Shown here: positions 28,022-37,664 of the stretch, one piece after another
How the letters are laid out: every line of letters starts with the position of its first letter
How positions within the stretch are numbered: the first letter of the stretch is position 1
Notes under the pieces: generated by a model
Told to the model about the DNA's origin: nothing
Database searches by the model: none
What the model saw: the letters and a program-made list of their open reading frames with translations, nothing else
Source of the DNA: an uncultured Chthonomonadaceae bacterium
GTDB taxonomy: Bacteria; Armatimonadota; Chthonomonadetes; Chthonomonadales; Chthonomonadaceae
Direction: 5' to 3'
Assembly (NCBI GenBank): GCA_963817895.1
Contig: CAWFQB010000005.1
Location: forward strand, 32,001 to 96,000
Length of the DNA stretch: 64,000 bases
Position numbers and translations under genes: made by a program

Positions 28022-29386
28022 TCACAATCCGGTATCGAGCATTTGCAGCGTAGTGGTGTCCGATGCGCGGGTTTTTCGATCCGGCGGCTGCGCGTAGACG
28101 ATTTCGCTGCGGTCGGGCGACCAGTCACAATCCGACGTGGGCAGTTCGCCGATTGTGCGCTTTGCGCCATCTGTAAGGCGCAACGTTACCGCGTCAAAGC
28201 GTCCGGCATGGGGCGACAACGCGCCCAATTGCGTGTTTCCGATCCAGACCGGGGCCAGATACCCGCGCCCGTTAGAAGGACTGACCCGGCGCGCGCCCGT
28301 CCCATCCGCGTTCATTATCCATAAAGCGTAGCGGTCATAGTCGTTGGCGTCCGGCGTAAGGGTAAAGGCAAGCCGCTGTCCGTCCGGCGACCATGCCAGA
28401 TGTCCCATGCGCGGCGCAATCCCGCGCTCTTTGTCCCAATCCGGCAACTGCGTTCTCAAATCCCCCGCCCGCATCCGCCACAACTCCCGCGCCGAAGACA
28501 GGCGCGAATTTCCCGGTGATAACTGCCGCAGCGTTTCCGTCCGCGGCGCGGCCAGCGCGTGAACGATACCTTGTCGGAAAGACAAGGATGAAGGATGAAG
28601 GATGAAGGATGAAGCCTCTTTGTCTCGTATCTCCTTTTCTCCTTTTCTCCTTTTCTCCTTTTCTTCCTCTCTCTCCTTCCAAACGGGCCAATCGCTGTCC
28701 TCGTAGTTGTCGAAGCGTGGTGTCGCGTTGCGGGCGGGTTGCAGGGAGAGGGGGCGAACACAAATGACGCGCTGGCCGCTGATGCCTTCGGCGACAAAGG
28801 CGAGATAGCGGCCATCCGGTGACCACTGGGGCGCGTGATAGTAGTAGAAAATGTTTTTATAGGTGGCGGCGTGAAGGGCGAGCGGCTGCACAGCGCGGGT
28901 GTGCGTGTCGAACGACCACAGCGCGGTTCCCGGCAGGCGTTCGCCGTCCTCAAACGTGAACCATTCGATGCGCTCAAACGCGATCCAACGGTCATCGGGT
29001 GACCATGCAAGCGTGTCGGGGCTGCTGTAACGCTGCCATTGCGGGCTGTAGGGCCTGTCCGGGCAAAGCAGTTCGGGCGTGAACAGGGCGCGAATCCGTT
29101 CCAAATCCTCATCCGCCACATGCAGTTGCATTTTGTGGTCCGGCGCGCTGCGCAAAAACGCGATCCGCTTGCCGTCATGCGACCAGCGCGGATTGACATC
29201 CACATACACGCCGGGAAGCGCGGGCAGATGGGGCGGCACGTCGCTCAGGCCGGGTTTGGGCGGACGGGCGCAAGATACGAGATACAAGATACAAGATACA
29301 AGATACAAGATACGAGATATGTGGCGGAAGCCACATTCTGCGAATTTAAGCGCAACGAGTTTTCTGTAGCAGGAATGTGTTTTCAC
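28022..29386 (-). CDS. TolB-like PD40 beta-propeller lipoprotein (start approximate)
   Basis: Repeated WSHDGK/WSPDDR/WSPDGR/WSPDGQ/WSPDRS motifs; LVSC lipobox; the upstream part of the 717-aa ORF overlaps another gene. Confidence 0.75.
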   Translation of the reverse strand: MKTHSCYRKLVALKFAECGFRHISRILYLVSCILYLVSCARPPKPGLSDVPPHLPALPGVYVDVNPRWSHDGKRIAFLRSAPDHKMQLHVADEDLERIRALFTPELLCPDRPYSPQWQRYSSPDTLAWSPDDRWIAFERIEWFTFEDGERLPGTALWSFDTHTRAVQPLALHAATYKNIFYYYHAPQWSPDGRYLAFVAEGISGQRVICVRPLSLQPARNATPRFDNYEDSDWPVWKEREEEKEKRRKGEKEIRDKEASSFILHPSSLSFRQGIVHALAAPRTETLRQLSPGNSRLSSARELWRMRAGDLRTQLPDWDKERGIAPRMGHLAWSPDGQRLAFTLTPDANDYDRYALWIMNADGTGARRVSPSNGRGYLAPVWIGNTQLGALSPHAGRFDAVTLRLTDGAKRTIGELPTSDCDWSPDRSEIVYAQPPDRKTRASDTTTLQMLDTGL

Positions 29387-29433
29387 ATGAGATGATTTCA
29401 AATTCTGATGCCTTGTATCTCGTATCTCGTATC

Positions 29434-32172
29434 TTAATGAACTGGCGTCACGTCCACTACCAGCGTGGTATTGTCTGAGGGCAGGGTCAGGGTCAAAACG
29501 CCGTCGGCATCGGCGGTCTGCGTACCGACGATAGCCCCGGTCAGCGCGTATTTGCCGTTGGGCTTGTCCATCACGCACAATACGTTGACGGTTCCGTTCG
29601 GCTGCAATCGCTTGCAAATAATGTGCGCGGTATCTTTGGGACGGTCGTAGGCGTGGTCGAGAATGTTCACGTTCCAGCCGCCGGACAGCGTTCCCGGCTG
29701 ATGGTACGCGGCCCACAGGAACAGCAATCCGCCCGCATCGCCCGCTAAGTCGCCCACCCCTCCTGCTGCGCCCGTGTCGCCATTGAGCCATTCGGGGCAG
29801 GTTTGCGTCGCGGTTTGCGCCCCGGCATAGCCTTGCAGCAGGTTGGAAGCGAGTTTGCGGGCGGTTTCCGGTTCGCCCGCGTCCAGCAGGATTTTCCAGA
29901 ACAGCCAGTTCAGCCCGTAACGAACGGCCCCGTTCGCGCCCTCCCCGGCGCGGTAATCGGGAGAGGAATGGGACACGGAACGCAGGCCGGCAGGACTCCA
30001 GAAAAGCGCGGGATCGGTCAACTGATGCAGCAAAAACGCCCGCTGTTCGGGCGTTTGCGCGCCCTGTCCCGCCATCAGCGGCAGCAGTCCCGCCAGCGTG
30101 TCGGCGCGAACTGCGGCTATCGCCGTTGCATCCCCCTGCGAGCGCAGCGCGTATGTTTTTTTGTCCGCATCCCATAGCATCGTGTTCAGGGCGCGATTGG
30201 TTTCCAGCGCGTCCTGCACATACCCCTGTTTCTCTTCCGGGGATTTATCCGTCAGTTCGGCAAGGGTTGCCATCAGGCGCGCGGAAGCGATCACATACGC
30301 GGCGTAATCGGGCGCGGCAACGGGAGAAGTGGCTGCGGCGGGAGGAACCGCATTTAAAAGCGCGCTGTTGGCCGACACGCCCGGAGGCAGGGAACCGGGC
30401 CGAAAAATGGCGTCCCGCGACTCGTCCGGCCACGCGAACAGCCAGCCATCGGGTTTGATGCGCCCCGCCGTGAGAAGTTCCTGATAACGGCGGCGGGCGT
30501 AGGGATAGTAACGCTTGAGCAACTGCCGGTCGTGGGTACGCTGAAACAGTTCCCAAAAAGCGAACAGGTTGGTGGGCGGGATTGCGCGGGGATTGCGCAG
30601 GGGAACACCCGAAAGCGCGTCCGGGTCGGTGCGGGTCTGAAACCACGTATTTAGCTGCGCGGCGGCAAAGTCGGGACGGTAAACGCTCCATCCGAGCGCC
30701 ATCAGCGCGTCGCGCGCCGGATCGTACAGGCTTCCCCGCGACGTGACGCGCAGGCGAGTCCCGATGCCGATGCGCTGTTCGTCCATGTTGGGCGTGTTGG
30801 CGAACATCTGCGTCATCAGCCGGTCTATGGCGGGCGTTCCGCTGTGAAAACGCGCGGCCTCATGCGCTTTCAATGCCGCCGCGTATGCGCTTCCACTGCC
30901 TGCCCGCCCGTTTTTGTTGCCGTCCGCAATGCGCAGCAGCGTTTGCGAAGCGTCACGGGCGGATTCGGCGTCACGCCCGACCCCGATGCTCAAGTACAGC
31001 GTGACCGACTGCCCGGCAGCTACTTCCACGCCGTCAAGACGGGTCAAAGCGTACTGGCCTTCGCCTTCGCCGTTCGCATCCGTCGCTTTACCCGGCAGGG
31101 GGAGAGCAGGCATGTCGGCGGGTGGGGGAGAGGTTTCCCCGCTTGTTCCCAGGTCGTCGCGTTTGGTTTTATCTGTGGATTTGCCGCCCTTCGCGCTTTT
31201 CCCCTGCGGTTTTACGTCCTTTGTATCCCGCGCTTTTTCCCGCTGTTCCTGCTTGTTCTGTTCCTTGCGGTCGCTTGCGAAATCGGAGTTTGCGGCGTGT
31301 TCTTGTGTCGTGAAGGCGAGCAATCCATCGGGCAGAGTCTCGCCGGATTCGGTTCGGCGGGCAAGGCTGCCACCCGGCGCGAAGAAAGCGTCGCTGACGC
31401 GGTAGCAGCGCGTCCGATAGCCGCCATTCGGCCCGGACAGCGCGAAAACCGCCCGTGATTTGTTGTGCTGCACAATGGCGGTATTCACGCCCGGAATGGC
31501 GAGTATCTGCAAGTCTTCCGAGCCGAAACCGCGTCCGGGCGTGTCCATGCTGCCCAGCAAATCCACGCCATATAATTGCTTTTCCGAAGAGGCGTTTGTC
31601 AGAGTCACGCGAACAAGCAGGCCGTCGCCATCCGGGTCGGCAAACGCGGGGAAACACTCTATTGTCGCTTCGCCCTCGCTCCATCCGCCCGCAGGCAGGG
31701 CCGCGCTTGCGGCAGGAGAGAGCGAACCGGACTGGGCCTGCGCGAAACTCGTCGGGGCGAAATGAACCCGCGCCGTCCATAAATTCCCCTCCGCATCCGT
31801 GTCCGTCAACTGCGCCATCCGGTTCAGCGCGGCGAATGGCCCGGTCGCCTTTCCATCGTCCTCCCCGGCGCGGACGGGCGACAGGCCAAATGCGCGACGC
31901 TGTATCACGGCGGGCGTCAGGCGGGATTGAAAACCGCCCCCCGCCGTCCGAACACGCTGCGGCAGGATGATTTCGCGCTGCTGCGAGATCACAATGGGGA
32001 AAATGAACTGTTGGCGCAGGGGTTGTCCAATCAGGCAGCAGGGCGCGAGACTGGCGCGGGCATACGGCCCCCAGCCTTTGAGAGGAAGTTCGGCGAGGGA
32101 GGAGGCCGCCACAACAGACTGCGTTTTCGACTGCGCCCCCGCCGGTCTGCCGTTCGACAACAGGATGCCCAT
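29434..32172 (-). CDS. Large secreted protein with C-terminal six-hairpin glycosidase-like domain; true start possibly 32261 via a frameshift
   Basis: LWDADKKTY, LAGLLPL, LTDPALFWSPAGLRSVS, NGAV, CPEWLNGDTG. Confidence 0.7.
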   Translation of the reverse strand: MGILLSNGRPAGAQSKTQSVVAASSLAELPLKGWGPYARASLAPCCLIGQPLRQQFIFPIVISQQREIILPQRVRTAGGGFQSRLTPAVIQRRAFGLSPVRAGEDDGKATGPFAALNRMAQLTDTDAEGNLWTARVHFAPTSFAQAQSGSLSPAASAALPAGGWSEGEATIECFPAFADPDGDGLLVRVTLTNASSEKQLYGVDLLGSMDTPGRGFGSEDLQILAIPGVNTAIVQHNKSRAVFALSGPNGGYRTRCYRVSDAFFAPGGSLARRTESGETLPDGLLAFTTQEHAANSDFASDRKEQNKQEQREKARDTKDVKPQGKSAKGGKSTDKTKRDDLGTSGETSPPPADMPALPLPGKATDANGEGEGQYALTRLDGVEVAAGQSVTLYLSIGVGRDAESARDASQTLLRIADGNKNGRAGSGSAYAAALKAHEAARFHSGTPAIDRLMTQMFANTPNMDEQRIGIGTRLRVTSRGSLYDPARDALMALGWSVYRPDFAAAQLNTWFQTRTDPDALSGVPLRNPRAIPPTNLFAFWELFQRTHDRQLLKRYYPYARRRYQELLTAGRIKPDGWLFAWPDESRDAIFRPGSLPPGVSANSALLNAVPPAAATSPVAAPDYAAYVIASARLMATLAELTDKSPEEKQGYVQDALETNRALNTMLWDADKKTYALRSQGDATAIAAVRADTLAGLLPLMAGQGAQTPEQRAFLLHQLTDPALFWSPAGLRSVSHSSPDYRAGEGANGAVRYGLNWLFWKILLDAGEPETARKLASNLLQGYAGAQTATQTCPEWLNGDTGAAGGVGDLAGDAGGLLFLWAAYHQPGTLSGGWNVNILDHAYDRPKDTAHIICKRLQPNGTVNVLCVMDKPNGKYALTGAIVGTQTADADGVLTLTLPSDNTTLVVDVTPVH

Positions 32173-32195
32173 TGCGGCGAGGAGAGAGAAAACAG

Positions 32196-32348
32196 CCGCG
32201 AATGAACGCGAATGAACGCGAATGGGATGCAGATTTCTTGCAGAGGTTTCAAATTTGGCATAACGATATTTCTCTATTGTAAGTCAAGGCATCAAACGGG
32301 AAGTACCTGCCGGATCATATTCGCGTTCATTCGCGTTCATTCGCGGCT
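32196..32348. repeat. Inverted ATTCGCGTTC decamer arrays
   Basis: gccgcgaatgaacgcgaatgaacgcgaat ... attcgcgttcattcgcgttcattcgcggc. Confidence 0.8.
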
Positions 32349-32357
32349 AAATTGAAA

Positions 32358-33284
32358 TTAAAACATGATATGACGGCGCAACGTGTCTATGCCCCAAATG
32401 TCGAAGCCGAGTTGCCGGTACACCCGTTCGCCCGCGCTTTCGCGCTCCGTATACAGATACGTGAGGGCATTACCCAACTGTCGAGATCTTGAACGGCCTG
32501 CGCGACAAGCTGAGAAGCGATGCCGCGCCGCCGGAACTGCGGATGCGTGATAACGCTGTCAATCAGCCCCCATCCGGCATGGGAAAACAACTGGCAGGCC
32601 CCAACCGGCAGATTGTCCACGCGCGCCAGATACAGGCGGCAATCGGGCGAACGCGCTTCCCGCATGGCAACCCGCCGCCAAAGCGCCGCGTCTTCTTCGG
32701 TGTCCTCGTCACAGCCGGCAAGGTCTATCCACGCCCGCATTTCTGCCGTCAAGTTCTCCTCTGTGTTGACGCTCGCACCCGCCTCGTTGTTACCGGTGTT
32801 TGCAGGCCAAACCAATGTGTCGCTGTTACTGATGCCGATGTTGGAGGAATTCAGGAGATTTTTGGGGCGAGAAACAAGGGAAATGGCGCAGGCAGAATCT
32901 ATGCTTTTCAGGGAGGTTGGAACAGGCGTTGTCCCGGCATGGCGCATCAGCAGCATACTGCCGATAACAGGCGTTACCCCGCGCATCCGCAACGCCGCGC
33001 CCGAACCCCAATGCTTCGGCAGCCGGATCCACATCCACCACAACGGGCAGGCCGCGTTCTCGATAATGCCTGATGATTTCGGCGACTACAGGTTCCGGGC
33101 CGCGTTCCCGTTGCGCCTCATTTGCATAGCGCAGACATAGGGCGCGGTTGGCGCTATGGTAATCCGGCATGTCAGGGCTGTCCAGAAACCAAATCTGTTC
33201 CGTTCGCGTGACCCGCGACCATATCTCAAAGTAACGCGCCTCATGCGCGATTAGAAGTTCCAGTTCATCCGGGGTTGGCTGCAT
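32358..33284 (-). pseudogene. GNAT family acetyltransferase, multiple frameshifts
   Basis: PVGACQL, IDSVITHPQFRRRGIASQL, then GERVYRQLGF in another frame; N-terminus in a third ORF. Confidence 0.75.
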
Positions 33285-33469
33285 CCTGTTTTTCCACGAA
33301 ATGCCACTGCAACAGACTCTGCAATGTATTAGAAACGCTTCTAATTGGCTTTAGAAATTATCACGCCCGCTGTGGCTGTTTTGCCCTTTCAGGCGCGCTT
33401 GCCAATGGTATCATAAAAGAGAAAATAAACCACGCTGTTTAGAAGCGGTTTCGTTTGTGGAGGTGTTTT

Positions 33470-34360
33470 ATGGCTACCTATTCCGCGCCGCAGAATATCA
33501 GGCGGCGCGTTCCCGCAGCCCTGCCGGAACTGACGCGCAGGGACAACTGGCGGGCTGCGCCAGTTGCGACGGTCGTTACGTTTCTGGTTTTTATCGCGTA
33601 CTCGACGGTACGGGCGTTCGCGGGCAATAACTTTTCAACGTTCGAGCATCCAGGGCAGGTTTTCGATTGGGTGCGCGGCAATCCCAATTTACGGGCGGTT
33701 CAGCCACACTACTGGTCGCCGTTTTACTCGCCGTACATTCCCCTGCATCTGAACTACCCGTTTGTGCAGCACAATGGGGCCGGGATTGCGATCTCCGCCG
33801 CGCTGTACGTGCTGATTATTCCCTTGAGTTTCCGCCTGTCCTGCTACTACTGCCGCAAAACGTACTATCGCGCGGTGTTCGGCGATCCGAGCGCGTGCGC
33901 GGTGAAAGAGCAGTTCGCGCGCTTAAACTATCGGGGTGAAACCCGGCTGCCGGCGAAAGCGTTCAATTTGCACCGCTTTGCCCTGTACCTTGTTCTTGTG
34001 CTGGTCGCCTTCCACTGGTATCACCTGTTCGATGCGTTTCACGCCACCACTGCGGACGGACGCCATCATCTTTATGTCGGCGTTGGCACGTTGATTTTGG
34101 GACTGGACACGCTGGCGCTGACGGCGTACACGTTCTCCTGCCACTCGTTTCGGCATTTGACGGGCGGCGTCCTTGATTTCTTCTCGCGCAGCGCGGGCGC
34201 GAAACAGCGGCACGGTCTATGGGCAAAAGTGAGCCGCTGGAACGAATATCACGGCCAGTTCTTCTGGGCCAGCTTGATTACGGTTGGCCTCGCCGATCTG
34301 TACGTGTGCCTTGTCGCGTCGGGCGCGATTCGCGATTTGGGAATGGTGATTGGTAGTTAG
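33470..34360 (+). CDS. Succinate dehydrogenase membrane-anchor-like protein (actinobacterial Sdh1 type)
   Basis: SPFYSP, FRLSCYYCRKTYYR, DPSACAV, NLHR, YTFSCHSFRHL; GGAGG RBS. Confidence 0.75.
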   Translation: MATYSAPQNIRRRVPAALPELTRRDNWRAAPVATVVTFLVFIAYSTVRAFAGNNFSTFEHPGQVFDWVRGNPNLRAVQPHYWSPFYSPYIPLHLNYPFVQHNGAGIAISAALYVLIIPLSFRLSCYYCRKTYYRAVFGDPSACAVKEQFARLNYRGETRLPAKAFNLHRFALYLVLVLVAFHWYHLFDAFHATTADGRHHLYVGVGTLILGLDTLALTAYTFSCHSFRHLTGGVLDFFSRSAGAKQRHGLWAKVSRWNEYHGQFFWASLITVGLADLYVCLVASGAIRDLGMVIGS

Positions 34361-34386
34361 TACACTATTCAAGATAGAACGCTGTC

Positions 34387-34467
34387 GTAGGGGCGCTGCT
34401 TGCTGCGCCCTCGTTTGCGAAGGAGGCAACCCTCGTTTGCGAAGGGTTCAGCAAGCAGAACCCCTAC
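34387..34467. repeat. GTAG-type REP doublet (REPIN-like)
   Basis: GTAGGGGCGCTGCTTGCTGCGCCC ... GGGTTCAGCAAGCAGAACCCCTAC. Confidence 0.7.
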
Positions 34468-34530
34468 AATGTATCCATGCTTTCTTTATAGTGTGCCAAC
34501 CACCAGTCACTAATCACCAATCACCAACCA

Positions 34531-34929
34531 CTACTTTTTCAAACTGCCCAGATAGGCAACCAGATTGGTCAAGTCTTTGCCTTTAACCTTGTCGGCGAAA
34601 GACATCATGGTCGAATGGTGCGCGGCGGGGTTCACCACCGCTTCTTCGAGCCACTTGGGAGTGTGCTTGGGGTCGGCGGCCACTTTGGTCAGTTCGGGGC
34701 CGTTCTTGCCGCCTTCGCCCGCAATCGCATGGCAGCCGTTGCAGCTCTGCGCTTCGTAGACTTTCTTGCCTGCCGCGATGGCAGCGGGATCGTCTTTTTT
34801 GGGCGCGGTTTTGGCGGGCGGTTTTTTGCCTTTGGGCGGCGCGGCGAAAGCCGCGCTGAACATCAGCGAACCGAATACGCTCAGGCCGAGCATCATTGTT
34901 GTCACGGCCCTGTTGTTAGAGATAGCCAA
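34531..34929 (-). CDS. Monohaem c-type cytochrome
   Basis: Signal peptide, CNGCH, GPEL, distal Met; AGGAG RBS and TTG start. Confidence 0.9.
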   Translation of the reverse strand: MAISNNRAVTTMMLGLSVFGSLMFSAAFAAPPKGKKPPAKTAPKKDDPAAIAAGKKVYEAQSCNGCHAIAGEGGKNGPELTKVAADPKHTPKWLEEAVVNPAAHHSTMMSFADKVKGKDLTNLVAYLGSLKK

Positions 34930-35355
34930 ATCAGGCTCCTTTCCTTGTTTGCCCGGTAAGCATCCGGGGGTATCGTGTCTGCGCCCACTGCCGCAGCCTT
35001 TTTGCGAATGTTATCGAAATTTGGCAGCAACGGGAGTTGGAACAGGCGCAATATTGTATAACGCGGGCGCGTTCGCAGTGTGCCACCGGAAAATGCGGAA
35101 CCGGCAGCAATTTCAGAAAGATATTCGCGCTGAAAGTTACAAACTCCTCCTTGTTCGACAATTTTCTCCTGTCTGCGCTCACTGTATAGTTCCCTGTAGT
35201 TGTCGGCGTTTACGCCTTTTGCAATATGTAGAAGCGCAGAAAAAAGAAGAAGCGTGAAAATAGCCCTTCCCTTTTGGCAGAATTGAGGTATAATAGTGCC
35301 GTCATACAAAAGTTCTCATAAAAGTCTGTTTTGGATGAAAGATTATGTTTGATAA

Positions 35356-35427
35356 CGGGGTGTAGTTCAGTGGTAGAATGCCCGTCTGGGGGGCGGGTGG
35401 TCGCTGGTTCAAATCCAGTCACCCCGA
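35356..35427 (+). tRNA. tRNA-Pro (GGG), CCA not encoded
   Basis: Acceptor CGGGGTG/CACCCCG, D-arm GTAGTTCAGTGGTAGAA, anticodon loop CTGGGGG, T-loop GGTTCAAATCC. Confidence 0.95.
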
Positions 35428-35503
35428 TACTTCGCGCTTTGTTAAAGCCTGATTCGCTTTACACGGCTCAGTTTAGTGATTTATTTTGAATAGTTTCGCA
35501 TAT

Positions 35504-35538
35504 TCCTTTCGGGTTAGCAATTGCCCGGAAGGTTTTTT
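35504..35538 (+). terminator. Probable intrinsic terminator downstream of tRNA
   Basis: CCTTTCGGGT...GCCCGGAAGG followed by T-run. Confidence 0.6.
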
Positions 35539-35750
35539 ATGCGTGGATTGGACTGTAAAAGTTACCAGTGTGTCAATCTTTGTCGCTGAAGCGACTACGC
35601 GGCTGCTGAAAAATAATTGAAAAATTTACGTAAATTTTATTTATCATGCAACGAATATGTTTATAGGCGCGTAAATGAAAATTAAGGCGCATTAGGTTAT
35701 GCTTTTGATGCCCCAATACCAACGAAGCGACGCGCAGCAAGGAAAATGTT

Positions 35751-36233
35751 TTGGAAACCACAATACAACAACGACGAAAATACGTCGGTCTAGGCAATGA
35801 TGAGGCGTCTATCGGCGTCCTCGAGGGTGAAATTCTGCGGCATCTGTGGGATGCCGGCGAAGCCCAGTCTTCCGTGCAGGTCTTTGAAACCATCTATTTT
35901 GCCCGCAAGGAAGCGAAGCACGAAATGGCATCGCCCTCGACGATTGCCGTAACTCTCAGCCGCATGGTTCAGAAGGGTTTGCTCACGATTACCACACAGG
36001 TCGGCCATAAGGGCAAAGGCCGAGGCAAGGGCTACTACACGCCGGCGAAATCCCGCGCGGAAATTACCCTGTCCGTACTGGATGATACCAGCCGCCGCCT
36101 GACCGGGCAGCCACTCGGCTACCTGCTGACATGTCTTGACAAAGAGAAAAGCGCCGACAAGGACGCGCCCGATGCAGGATTGTCTGATTTGATCGAAGTT
36201 CTCAAAGGGCTTCAGCACGCGGCCAAGTCATAA
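35751..36233 (+). CDS. BlaI/MecI/CopY family transcriptional regulator
   Basis: IGVLEGEILRHLW, STIAVTLSRMVQKGLL, YYTPAKSRAE. Confidence 0.8.
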   Translation: METTIQQRRKYVGLGNDEASIGVLEGEILRHLWDAGEAQSSVQVFETIYFARKEAKHEMASPSTIAVTLSRMVQKGLLTITTQVGHKGKGRGKGYYTPAKSRAEITLSVLDDTSRRLTGQPLGYLLTCLDKEKSADKDAPDAGLSDLIEVLKGLQHAAKS

Positions 36234-36335
36234 CCAGTCGCTTTCAAGCCACAAATCGTACAAGCGTAAATAAGCAACCCCAAAGCCGAACGGTTTTGGG
36301 GTTGCTTGCTGGTATACACGCAAACGATTTGAGGC

Positions 36336-36662
36336 TCACACTCGTCCGGGCGGCGCGTGACGTGTCTGGTCGGCGGCTTCCTGTCCCTCTCGTGTCGGCA
36401 ACCCCTGCGCGTAAGCGTCATTCTCCGTCGTATAGTTGGTGGTGGCGGGCTTTGTTTCATTGGGATTGATGGGATCAGGAATCGTATTGCCGCCGGAAAC
36501 ATGGGGTGCGCCGGTCGTACCCTGCTGCGCGTCGCCGGAACCGTGTACAAGATTCTGGGCCGGAGACGCGCCCGGCTGGCTTTCCGAGGGCTTGTTGCCG
36601 GGGCTGTTGACTTCCTGCGGGTCCTGCGACATGAGCCGCGAGGGTTTCTCATCCGTTTGCAT
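36336..36662 (-). CDS. Hydrophilic low-complexity protein, possibly stress-related
   Basis: GAAGGAAGAG RBS; MQTDEKPSRLMSQDPQE...; GGAAC-N17-TGTC upstream at 36775-36800. Confidence 0.6.
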   Translation of the reverse strand: MQTDEKPSRLMSQDPQEVNSPGNKPSESQPGASPAQNLVHGSGDAQQGTTGAPHVSGGNTIPDPINPNETKPATTNYTTENDAYAQGLPTREGQEAADQTRHAPPGRV

Positions 36663-36804
36663 AGTTTTCTCTTCCTTCAATGGACTATAATAGGTTGGGC
36701 AAAGAAGCCGCCAGATACGCGCTTCTTCCAGACATACAGACGTTGTCACCATCTGGCGCTGACCCTGCAAGAAGGACATAAGCGCCCGCATGGAAGTTCC
36801 CACA

Positions 36805-37593
36805 ATGCGTAATCCAAATATAGACCGCCTTGCGCCCACGCGGCGACCGAACGGGCGTATTGTGATGCGGCAGCAGTGGCGCGACCTGCTGTTTTTACAC
36901 TGGGAAGTCCCCGCTACGCTTCTGCAGTCTCTCATTCCTGACGAACTGACATTGGATACTTTTGAGGGCAAAGCGTATATCGGACTGGTTCCGTTCACGA
37001 TGCGCAATGTTCGCCCCATCTGGGCGCCCTCCGTTCCGCCCCTGTCCAACTTTCACGAAACCAATGTCCGTACCTACGTACACTACAAAGGCCGCGATCC
37101 CGGCGTGTGGTTTTTCAGCCTTGACGCCGCCAATCCCATCGCCGTGCAGATCGCCCGCCTCTGGTTCAAACTGCCGTACTACTATGCGCGGATGCGATTG
37201 GAGAAGAGGGAAGAAAAGGAGAAAAGGAGAAAAGGAGAAGAGGAGACGCAATCCACAGTCGAATACGCGACGGAGCGGCTTTGGCCTGCGCCTGTTCCGG
37301 CGGCGTGTCATGTTGACTGGACGCCGGAGGCAGGGGTACGACACGCGGAACCGGATACGCTGGAACACTTCCTGATTGAGAGATATATCCTGTATGCGTA
37401 TCGGAATGGGAGTTTATACAGCGGACAGGTGCATCATCCAACCTATCCGGTGCAGAACGCGACACTGAAGTATTTAGAAGAGAGCCTGATTGCGCAGGCC
37501 GGAATTATACGGCCTGACACGCCCCCGCCTTTGGTTCACTATTCCGCTGGCGTAGATGTGGATATATTCCCGCTTGGGCGCGTAAAAATATGA
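36805..37593 (+). CDS. DUF2071 (YqjF-like) protein
   Basis: MRQQWRDLLFLHW, FHETNVRTYV, PGVWFFSLDA, FLIERY. Confidence 0.9.
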   Translation: MRNPNIDRLAPTRRPNGRIVMRQQWRDLLFLHWEVPATLLQSLIPDELTLDTFEGKAYIGLVPFTMRNVRPIWAPSVPPLSNFHETNVRTYVHYKGRDPGVWFFSLDAANPIAVQIARLWFKLPYYYARMRLEKREEKEKRRKGEEETQSTVEYATERLWPAPVPAACHVDWTPEAGVRHAEPDTLEHFLIERYILYAYRNGSLYSGQVHHPTYPVQNATLKYLEESLIAQAGIIRPDTPPPLVHYSAGVDVDIFPLGRVKI

Positions 37594-37664
37594 AAACAGC
37601 GCTGAGAGTATAGATGTTCCCCTTGATGGACACAAGAGGAACAGCTACGGAGGAATTATTACGG

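Noticed and set aside
29387..30175. N-terminal extension of the 717-aa ORF
   Set aside because: Overlaps the 912-aa gene in another frame and is Arg/Gly-rich shadow sequence
35356..36233. Integrative element at tRNA-Pro
   Set aside because: No integrase and no duplicate of the tRNA 3' end seen in the window
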